Source: an uncultured Bacteroidota bacterium
GTDB lineage: Bacteria > Bacteroidota > Bacteroidia > UKL13-3
Direction: 5' to 3'
Length of the DNA stretch: 64,000 nucleotides
Assembly: GCA_903897855.1 (NCBI GenBank)
Contig: CAIUDH010000076.1
Span: 97,643 to 161,642 of the forward strand
This document shows positions 39,201 to 45,775 of the stretch, one piece after another (position 1 is the stretch's first letter; each line of letters opens with the position of its first letter). The notes below the pieces were generated by a model. The model did not search any database. It was not told the DNA's origin and saw only the letters and a program-made list of their open reading frames with translations. A program made the translations under genes and the position numbers.

Positions 39201-39419
39201 AATGTATTGTCCATTAGTCATATTGCTATACACTGAAATGGCCGATGAGTTCGCGGTGGCCGTTCCTGAATGGCAGGAGGTACAATCGCTTTCTCCTGGA
39301 GCTCCAGTAACCCCTGACACTGGACCAGAAGCAGAAGAGAATGCCTGTTGTATAATAAAGAGAAATGCTGAGGCGAAAAAAATTGTAATAAGTTTAGAAG
39401 GGGTAGAGAATTTTACCAT
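36249..39419 (-). CDS. T9SS type-A CTD surface protein with multiple Cys-pair Ig-like repeats (putative adhesin)
   Basis: I start it at ATG 39419 (MVKFSTPSKLITIFFASAFLFIIQQAFS, a signal peptide). It has an N-terminal ~200-aa domain with GVTGAPGESDCTSCHSG. It then has ~10 modules of ~75-80 aa with the pattern C.GDS..L...Y.W..NG..I.GA....Y....SG.Y.V......GC. The C-terminus FPNPVSNSLQLNF...GIYFVKV...IIRVTKK is a Por secretion tail (TIGR04183-type). Confidence 0.85.
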   Translation of the reverse strand: MVKFSTPSKLITIFFASAFLFIIQQAFSSASGPVSGVTGAPGESDCTSCHSGTATANSSAISVYSNMTNGQYIPDSTYHITIRARTTGCVKFGFETTMLNNTGSPSKLGTLAVPTAATKIQLSTGARDYISHTSSGTAAGYTDSTDWVFDWQAPSTLQGDARLYVAMNATDNSGSNSGDEIHLNDFSFPQTTNVPVATITTNVNSTCQNDSILFSASGTNSTSSYQWTFQNGTPATSTLQNVWVKFTSGNKLCSLRVANNIIQSAYTTKSVTINAFPTATLSYNSTVVLCDGDSLPLSVPNVSGYSYQWQKDGSNINGANSFAYYAKQSGNFRVIISNNGCNTISATASLTFNIKPQAVLVAPNGNTTCQGDSIWLKANSGTNYSYYWYKDNVLLLQSLDSNYYVKQNGNYNVKIVTALGCNKLSNVITLSMNPKPAGTIVAPIDSVCQGDSILLIASSTDTITSYQWKRNGSNISGINGKSYYAKQSGLYTVELTTNRGCIGTTSSKPIVVNSLPANNFIDSVKNACTYSLRLRNTGTFKFEWQLNGITINTTDTIITATQSGLYSLVISNSSGCSIVTNSISLVIANAPNSNITPLTNAILCSDSSGVTYQVPFANGVTYKWFKNGSIINGANQNALNLVDSGNYYVLVDNGSCAVTSSTRNVRIIAAPAANFIDSIKSGCAYFLKVRNAGALNYEWQRNGVVFNSIDSVVNVTQSGNYTLRISNASGCSRATNSIVLSIPTNQPDVTMLPSVNAVICSDSNGVTYQVPAISGIQYKWYKNGNPIIGANLNSLLVVDSGNYFVTADNGSCMLTSAIRNVKINPTPTAFIASGNTAFCTGDSAALTTATVSGATYQWVRNNVIINNSNKATYYVTQQGVYEVRVILGSCQKISNTITMSEKPIPALPVVTRNTDLLTSSLADGYQWFKNGVAVSGAKSQNFTVTGTGTYTVEIVGTNGCKNVSSGIFVIPTGIDEGPVSEVLNAFPNPVSNSLQLNFVSYGSREIIVFDASGRELSKGNETDSKAVIDFRTMEAGIYFVKVTSRQTSQIIRVTKK
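36939..37874 (-). repeat. tandem duplication of a two-domain (~155-aa, 465-nt) unit inside the adhesin gene
   Basis: Unit 1 (PANNFIDSVKNACTYSLRLRNTG...RNVRIIAA) and unit 2 (PAANFIDSIKSGCAYFLKVRNAG...RNVKINPT) are collinear. The P codons are at 37874 and 37409, giving a 465-nt offset. Confidence 0.8.
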
Positions 39420-40852
39420 TATCGAGAGATTAGTTTTTTGAATTGATTTAGACTGAAAACATTCGAATATAGGAGAATGTAGACAGCGGTTATCAACTGC
39501 AAAACTATTTTTACGATAATATGACAATTTATATTTTGAAAAAATATGGGGAGTGTAAACTGAAATATAGTGAACACCATAAGTTTCCACAAAAGAGGAA
39601 TATCAAAATGTATATTAAATCTTTTGTGCACCATCGTGTAATGACAAACGGCTACAAATACTTGGGTAATTAACGTTGACCACGCAGCACCGACGATGCC
39701 ATAACTCTTCACCAAGAGGATATTGCAGGTGAAATTCAAGAGGCAAGCTGTGAATGCGATTCTGTTTAATGGCCTTAATTCGCCACGAGCCGTTAAGTAA
39801 GTTCCATAAATATATATGGTGCATGTAAAAATGAAGGAGAACATAAGTAGCGATAGCACCTTCTCTATTTCTGTATTATTGGTTTTGTTTAGCCATAAAA
39901 TTATTTCGTGATTATAGAAATAACAGAGCGATGCTCCGGTTAAAGCAGCCGTAATAATAACACTAAAACTTAATTGCAGTAGAGCATTGGGTTGTTCCTT
40001 TCGTTGAGTGATACGAGCAAAAATGGGTAAGAGTAGGCCTGCAAATAAAACAGCAATCATATTGGCGGCATCAAACAATCGATAGGCTGATGCATAATGG
40101 CCTGCTTCTGTTTTGCCGGAAGGTAAAAGACGTTCAATGAGCACCCCATCCATTTTTGAGTAGAATCCCATGAATATTCCAAGCAAGGCATAGGGATAGC
40201 TTTTTTTAATTAAATGAACCGTAAAGGCTTTATTCCATTTCCAGGATAGATTGAGTAGATGCGTTTTGAGCACAAGAAAACAAACGAACATCGTAATTCC
40301 ATAAGAGAGTGTTTGTGAATAAACAAACCATTCTAACTTCATCTCACCAAAAACATGTCCCCAAAGTAATAACCCGCAAAAAAGAATCATCAGCAAACGA
40401 TCAAGAACAGAAAGCAGGCTATCGGTGATAAAATATTGCAGCCCTGCAATGTTCGATCGGAGATAGGTGATGGCAAAAGACAAAATTTGATTCATACACA
40501 AGACCATCAACAACTGAAAATGGGCAGCATCGTAACCCATACCGAAAGCAACAATTACCGTAATAATGATGTAGACCAGTACCAGTATGAGTTTAAGCAT
40601 TGCCAGCTGTGAAAATTTCTTACTCAGAAGTTGTGGATGTTTTGCAATAAAAGTACTGTTATAGTTATTGATCCCGAAATCCAAAATCACATTAAAGAGA
40701 AACGAAAAACTAAAAAGAGAAAAGTAGAAGCCATATTGCTCAGCACCAACGGCGTTTTGAACGCCACGCTCAACACCTAGAACCCAAAAGGGTTTGATGA
40801 GTAGATTAATACCAACGGCAAAAATTAAATTAATAATGAACTTCCTATTCAT
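39419..40852 (-). CDS. Wzx-like oligosaccharide flippase (MOP superfamily polysaccharide biosynthesis protein)
   Basis: ~12-14 TM segments and a typical length. I start it at ATG 40852 (MNRKFIINLIFAVGINLLIKPFWV...). Its stop TAA shares one base with the adhesin ATG (TAATG at 39421..39417). Confidence 0.7.
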   Translation of the reverse strand: MNRKFIINLIFAVGINLLIKPFWVLGVERGVQNAVGAEQYGFYFSLFSFSFLFNVILDFGINNYNSTFIAKHPQLLSKKFSQLAMLKLILVLVYIIITVIVAFGMGYDAAHFQLLMVLCMNQILSFAITYLRSNIAGLQYFITDSLLSVLDRLLMILFCGLLLWGHVFGEMKLEWFVYSQTLSYGITMFVCFLVLKTHLLNLSWKWNKAFTVHLIKKSYPYALLGIFMGFYSKMDGVLIERLLPSGKTEAGHYASAYRLFDAANMIAVLFAGLLLPIFARITQRKEQPNALLQLSFSVIITAALTGASLCYFYNHEIILWLNKTNNTEIEKVLSLLMFSFIFTCTIYIYGTYLTARGELRPLNRIAFTACLLNFTCNILLVKSYGIVGAAWSTLITQVFVAVCHYTMVHKRFNIHFDIPLLWKLMVFTIFQFTLPIFFQNINCHIIVKIVLQLITAVYILLYSNVFSLNQFKKLISR

Positions 40853-40882
40853 GAATACTTCAATAAATTTAATGTACACTTG

Positions 40883-40890
40883 TAACTTTG
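40883..40890 (+). promoter_or_regulatory. candidate -7 box TAACTTTG upstream of the GT4 gene
   Basis: TAACTTTGCAAA lies 20 nt before ATG 40911, inside the 58-nt divergent intergenic region. Confidence 0.35.
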
Positions 40891-40910
40891 CAAATATATC
40901 CTTTACACGC

Positions 40911-42029
40911 ATGAAGATTGCAGTAAATACAAGATTCTTAATTCACGACAAACTGGAAGGTATTGGTCGATTTACCTATGAAACGTTGAAATGCATGGTA
41001 TTGAAGCATCCTGAGCATGAATTCATGTTTTTTTTCGATCGCCCTTTTAGTCAGGAATATCTCTTTTCTAAGAACGTAACAGGCATTATTTTATATCCAC
41101 CCGCCCGCCACCCTTTACTTTTTATTTGGTATTTCGAATGGAGTATATTCAGAGCCTTACGCAAGTTTAAGCCAGATGTTTTTTTGAGCTGTGATGGCTT
41201 TTTATGTTTACGCAGCAAGGTGCCACAACTGGCCGTAATTCACGATCTGGCTTTTGAGCACAACCCTGAGGATGTTTCGTTTTTTGCGCGCACCTACTAT
41301 AAATATTTCTTCCCTCGGTTTGCCAGAAAAGCGAGTCATATCTGTACTGTTTCAGATTTTTCAAAACAAGATATTATTGAGAAATATCATATTGACAACA
41401 CAAAAATAAGTGTCATCTATAATGGAGCTTCTGCCATTTTTAAGCCGATCAATGAATTAGAGAAGCAAGCAATAAAATCACAATTTTCGGATGGAGAAAA
41501 TTATTTTGTTTATGTAGGCGCTTTACAACCTCGTAAAAATATCAGCCGATTATTACAGGCATTCGAAAAGTTTAAGATCGCACATGATACCCCCTGCAAA
41601 CTCTTAATCGTAGGCCGCAAAGCCTGGAAAACCCAGTCAATTGAAGATACCTATGAGCGGATGAAATTTAAGTGTGATGTTCTCTTTACAGGAAGAGTGT
41701 CTGATGAGGATTTATCGAAAATTATTGCTGGCGCGACAGCGCTCACCTATATTCCATATTTAGAAGGCTTTGGTATCCCAATTTTAGAAGCGATGCAATG
41801 CGGTACCCCTGTTATAACGAGCAATAGAAGTGCTCTGCCTGAGGTGGCAGGCGATGCCGCAATTTTAATTAATCCTTTTGATAGTGATGAAATTTGTGCG
41901 GCTATGGTGGCACTTTATTTCGACAAAAACCAACAAATAACGCTCTCCAATAATGGTCTCATACAATCGGGTAAATTTAGTTGGGAGAAAACGGCTGACT
42001 TGCTTTGGAATTGCCTTGAACCTTATTGA
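40911..42029 (+). CDS. family 4 (GT-B) glycosyltransferase
   Basis: MKIAVNTRFL...; C-terminal E(x7)E region (PYLEGFGIPILEAMQCGTPVITS). The ATG at 40911 is preferred over the 40794 extension, which overlaps the flippase gene. Confidence 0.85.
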   Translation: MKIAVNTRFLIHDKLEGIGRFTYETLKCMVLKHPEHEFMFFFDRPFSQEYLFSKNVTGIILYPPARHPLLFIWYFEWSIFRALRKFKPDVFLSCDGFLCLRSKVPQLAVIHDLAFEHNPEDVSFFARTYYKYFFPRFARKASHICTVSDFSKQDIIEKYHIDNTKISVIYNGASAIFKPINELEKQAIKSQFSDGENYFVYVGALQPRKNISRLLQAFEKFKIAHDTPCKLLIVGRKAWKTQSIEDTYERMKFKCDVLFTGRVSDEDLSKIIAGATALTYIPYLEGFGIPILEAMQCGTPVITSNRSALPEVAGDAAILINPFDSDEICAAMVALYFDKNQQITLSNNGLIQSGKFSWEKTADLLWNCLEPY

Positions 42030-42721
42030 TTTTCGAACTCTATTGCTTTTTGTTTAATGAAAACGGCCAGGTCATAGTCGCTCACTTCCAACAAATAATC
42101 CCAACTCAAACCCAGACTTTCGATAAACTTTTCATACTGTTCGTGTTTCATTTGAATTATGCCTTGCAAGGTGTAAATATCGAGGAGTTCGCCAATCAAC
42201 TTCTTTTTAGCGAGTTCGAAATTATACTCCACCAGAAGTCTTTTACTCTGGGCCTTTTTACTATTCATCTCATACAAGTAGCTGATGGGGCTTTGTATAG
42301 AACTCGCACGATCTGATGAAAAGACATATTCCGCAACCAAATTTTTTACCTCACGTCGAATATCTCTTTGAGAACGTGGTTCGTTGATGGTAATCTCGTT
42401 GATCTCCTCATTTAGATGGTACATCAAAATATTCATCTTTAAAAAATCAGTATTCAACGCTGAATCTTTTAAGCACAGATACTTCACCTTAAAACCATAG
42501 AGGCCGAAAATCAAAGTGTCGGTAGGTTTAACGAATACGCTAAAACTGCCATCGGCCTTATTTTGCATGATCCGAGAAGTGTGCTTTACAATAACGGTTA
42601 CACTATCCAAAACACTGTTACTGTCGGCATCATAAATGACCCCTTTTATTTGTACCATACTCTGTGATGAGGCGAAGGATGCAGTACATAAAAAGAGAAA
42701 AAAGAGAAAATGTCTTCTCAT
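42023..42721 (-). CDS. secreted hypothetical protein with an N-terminal CarboxypepD_reg-like fold
   Basis: Signal peptide (FLFLCTASFASSQS), then IKGVIYDADSNSVLDSVTVIV...ADGSFSVFV. The rest is unrecognised. It converges on and overlaps the GT4 gene by 7 nt. Confidence 0.55.
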   Translation of the reverse strand: MRRHFLFFLFLCTASFASSQSMVQIKGVIYDADSNSVLDSVTVIVKHTSRIMQNKADGSFSVFVKPTDTLIFGLYGFKVKYLCLKDSALNTDFLKMNILMYHLNEEINEITINEPRSQRDIRREVKNLVAEYVFSSDRASSIQSPISYLYEMNSKKAQSKRLLVEYNFELAKKKLIGELLDIYTLQGIIQMKHEQYEKFIESLGLSWDYLLEVSDYDLAVFIKQKAIEFENQ

Positions 42722-42750
42722 GGTGGCGATACGAATATATTCTGTTAAAG

Positions 42751-43434
42751 TTACTTTTGATGAAACGTACTTTGAGTTACAAACTCTTTTAAGTAAAAAG
42801 GTTCAAAGTAGGCCAGGTTTTCAAATTGCTTTTGAACATATTTTTGGTGTGCCAGAAAACCTATCGCGGTGGCAGAAGCCTCCACCCCCTCAACAAAAAA
42901 CCAATTGGTTCTAAAAGATAATATGTCTCTACACTTAGGCATTCCATCACCAAAAAAATAACATGCCTTGTTTTGAAATTCATCGAAACTTTGCCCATCG
43001 ATGATGGTTGCTTGGGTAGGTATAACTTCATTTAAATTCATGTCATAAACAGCATTATATACTTCCATGCGTCGGGCGTCGATCATCGGAATTAAGACCG
43101 CCTTTTCATCAGCCATCTGTAATTTAGCCGAATGCGCCATTCCCGCCAAGGTATGCACACTCAGAAGGGGTAAGTTAAGGCTATAACATAAGCCTTTAGC
43201 GGCACTTACGCCGATACGCAAACCGGTGTAGGAGCCGGGACCTTTACTTACGGCAACTGCTTTGAGTTGGCTAAATTGGATCTTGTGTAAATTCAATAAT
43301 TCATGAATAAAAACAAACAACTGAGAGGCATGAACATTCGGTTCATTATGTTCTTTTACACCAACGAGTTCACCCGCTGCGTTGTGCAAGGCCACAGAGC
43401 AATTCGATGTCGACGTTTCAATACTTAAGATCAT
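42751..43434 (-). CDS. tsaB: tRNA t6A biosynthesis protein TsaB
   Basis: MILSIETSTSNCSVAL...VSKGPGSYTGLRIGVSAAKGL. Confidence 0.85.
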   Translation of the reverse strand: MILSIETSTSNCSVALHNAAGELVGVKEHNEPNVHASQLFVFIHELLNLHKIQFSQLKAVAVSKGPGSYTGLRIGVSAAKGLCYSLNLPLLSVHTLAGMAHSAKLQMADEKAVLIPMIDARRMEVYNAVYDMNLNEVIPTQATIIDGQSFDEFQNKACYFFGDGMPKCRDILSFRTNWFFVEGVEASATAIGFLAHQKYVQKQFENLAYFEPFYLKEFVTQSTFHQK

Positions 43435-43435
43435 G

Positions 43436-44257
43436 TTACACTATTTCAAGAAGCATTTTTAGGATAATGAGGGCACTGAAAACGATAAATACTTTTTTAA
43501 GTGTTTGAGGTTTAATTCTATTGGCTGTGCTTACACCCAAAGGAGAAACCAGAACCACGCCAGCGATGAGAGGCAAAAGAGCAAAAACCATGATATAACC
43601 AATATGAAAGATTCCAGCAGGGTAACTCTGTGGTTGCTGTATCATATAATAAAGTACGAGCGGAATGGAAATAAGGGGGATTGTACCTGTTGATACTGCG
43701 GTTGATTCTTTGATATCAATTTTAAGCCACTGTACAAAAAGCATGACCATGATAAAGCCTCCACCTAAGCCGGAAAGTGCTGCAAAAGTTCCGGTTAAAA
43801 TTCCAATCATAATAAACCTTCCAACAGCAAAATTTTTAATTTTCAGAACCGTTTCTTTATTCCGTTGAATAAACAATCGAACATTAAGAAATATCAACAC
43901 GGCAATAAAAAAAATTGAAAATATGGCTTTGCTATACCAGTGACCCAGGCTAATAAGCCAAGAAACAAAGAGAGAAGCTGCAATGGCGCCGGCAGAAGTG
44001 GCGAGCACTTCTCGCGGAAAAAATTGGCCACTTTTATACTGCTTTATGCTTGCGCTAATGCCCGAAAAGATAATTGCAAAAAAAGAGTTTGCTATAAACG
44101 CCTTCGTCAGATCGGGATCGATAATGCCCATTTGGATGAAGAAATAACTCAGCACAGGAATGAAAACCATACCTCCACCAATGCCTAATAATCCGGCGAA
44201 GAAACCACCGAGGCAGCCCCCTAAGAAAAGCAATACAATAGTGTATATATCAAGCAT
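43436..44257 (-). CDS. TauE/SafE-family anion exporter membrane protein
   Basis: 273 aa, ~8 TM, with duplicated GxGGG motifs (LLGIGGGMVFIPVL, LSGLGGGFIMV). Confidence 0.8.
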   Translation of the reverse strand: MLDIYTIVLLFLGGCLGGFFAGLLGIGGGMVFIPVLSYFFIQMGIIDPDLTKAFIANSFFAIIFSGISASIKQYKSGQFFPREVLATSAGAIAASLFVSWLISLGHWYSKAIFSIFFIAVLIFLNVRLFIQRNKETVLKIKNFAVGRFIMIGILTGTFAALSGLGGGFIMVMLFVQWLKIDIKESTAVSTGTIPLISIPLVLYYMIQQPQSYPAGIFHIGYIMVFALLPLIAGVVLVSPLGVSTANRIKPQTLKKVFIVFSALIILKMLLEIV

Positions 44258-44356
44258 TTTGAGCGGCCTGACGCGGCCATTGATTTAATTCTATAAGCTG
44301 ACAAACAACCTCAAGCGGATAAAACTCAACTAAACCATTTATTAGAATCCATTGCA

Positions 44357-45637
44357 TTAATTTTTGTAGAGCGGGAAACGACTCATAAAAAGTTTCACTT
44401 CACTTTTTACATTTTCTATTTCACCTTCATTTTCAGTATTTCCTAACACCCGGTCAATTAAATTTGCGAATTCAACCATGTCATGTTCTTTTAATCCACG
44501 CGACGTAATGGCAGCCGTTCCTAATCTCATGCCACTTGTAGTAAAGGGGGTACGGCTATCAAAAGGCACCATATTTTTATTGATGGTGATATGCGCTTTC
44601 ACCAGAGCATTCTCGGCTGCTTTTCCATGTAAAGTAGGGAATTTTGTTCTTAAATCGATAAGCATAGAATGGTTATCGGTACCCCCGCTTATTACTTTAT
44701 ACCCTCTGTCCATCATAGCTTTGGCTAAAGCACGAGCATTGGTTCGAACCTGCAAAATATAATCTTTATACTCTTGTGTCAAGGCCTCACCAAAAGCAAT
44801 CGCTTTTCCGGCAATTACATGTTCTAATGGCCCTCCTTGGGTTCCGGGAAACACAGCGCTATCAAGTATGGCACTCATCATCTTAATTTCGCCTTTAGGT
44901 GTTTTAACGCCCCATGGATTTTCAAAATCTTTTCCCATCATGATGATGCCACCTCGCGGGCCACGCAATGTTTTGTGCGTAGTGCTTGTTACAATATGAC
45001 AATGAGGAATTGGGTTATTGAGTAATCCTGTGGCGATGAGTCCCGCTGGATGTGCTATATCGGCCATGAGCAGAGCGCCTACTTTATCGGCCACTTCCCG
45101 TAATTTTTTATAATCCCAATCACGGCTATAACTACTTGCTCCGCAAATAATTAATTTCGGTTTTTCGCGCAGGGCGATTTCCTCTATTTTATCAAAGTCG
45201 ATTAACCCCGTCGCTTCTTCTACTCCATAGAATGATGGGGTATATGTTTGTCCGCTGAAGTTTACCGAAGACCCGTGAGTCAAATGTCCACCATGACTTA
45301 AATCAAAACCCAGAATTTTATCGCCTGCTTTTAGGCAGCCCAACATTACGGCTGCATTGGCTTGGGAACCGCTATGCGGTTGCACATTGGCCCAGGAGGC
45401 GCCAAACAATTCCTTTAAGCGATCGATCGCAAGTTGTTCAATTTTATCCACTACTTCACAGCCACCATAGTAGCGTTTGCCTGGATATCCTTCTGCATAT
45501 TTATTGGTAAGGCTGCTTCCAACAGCCTCCATAACTTGTTTTGAAACAAAATTTTCCGAAGCTATTAATTCTATTCCTTCCTGTTGCCTAATAAGTTCTT
45601 GATCAATTAAATTAAATATCGTGGTATCGCGTTGCAT
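44357..45637 (-). CDS. glyA: serine hydroxymethyltransferase
   Basis: ELIASENF...[15 protein letters not shown]...[15 protein letters not shown] (PLP lysine motif). Confidence 0.95.
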   Translation of the reverse strand: MQRDTTIFNLIDQELIRQQEGIELIASENFVSKQVMEAVGSSLTNKYAEGYPGKRYYGGCEVVDKIEQLAIDRLKELFGASWANVQPHSGSQANAAVMLGCLKAGDKILGFDLSHGGHLTHGSSVNFSGQTYTPSFYGVEEATGLIDFDKIEEIALREKPKLIICGASSYSRDWDYKKLREVADKVGALLMADIAHPAGLIATGLLNNPIPHCHIVTSTTHKTLRGPRGGIIMMGKDFENPWGVKTPKGEIKMMSAILDSAVFPGTQGGPLEHVIAGKAIAFGEALTQEYKDYILQVRTNARALAKAMMDRGYKVISGGTDNHSMLIDLRTKFPTLHGKAAENALVKAHITINKNMVPFDSRTPFTTSGMRLGTAAITSRGLKEHDMVEFANLIDRVLGNTENEGEIENVKSEVKLFMSRFPLYKN

Positions 45638-45653
45638 AGCTATTTTTTTTGGG

Positions 45654-45661
45654 CAAAAGTA
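45654..45661 (-). promoter_or_regulatory. candidate -7 box TACTTTTG upstream of glyA
   Basis: CAAAAGTA on the plus strand, 17 nt upstream of ATG 45637. Confidence 0.35.
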
Positions 45662-45775
45662 ATGGTTAATGTGCTAATGTGCTAATTTCAGAAAATATGG
45701 TTTTCTGTGAAGAAAATAGAGGTTATTCCATATTTGATTTGCTAGAGAAAAAAAATGATACGCTCGATACAGTTC

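Noticed and set aside
39420-39590. The track's 57-codon N-terminal extension of the adhesin ORF (METYGVHY...), and similar extensions for greA (to 12055), GT4 (from 40794) and the flippase (to 40912).
   Set aside because: The extensions overlap upstream genes, promoter boxes or a terminator. Internal ATGs give proper signal peptides or canonical N-termini.
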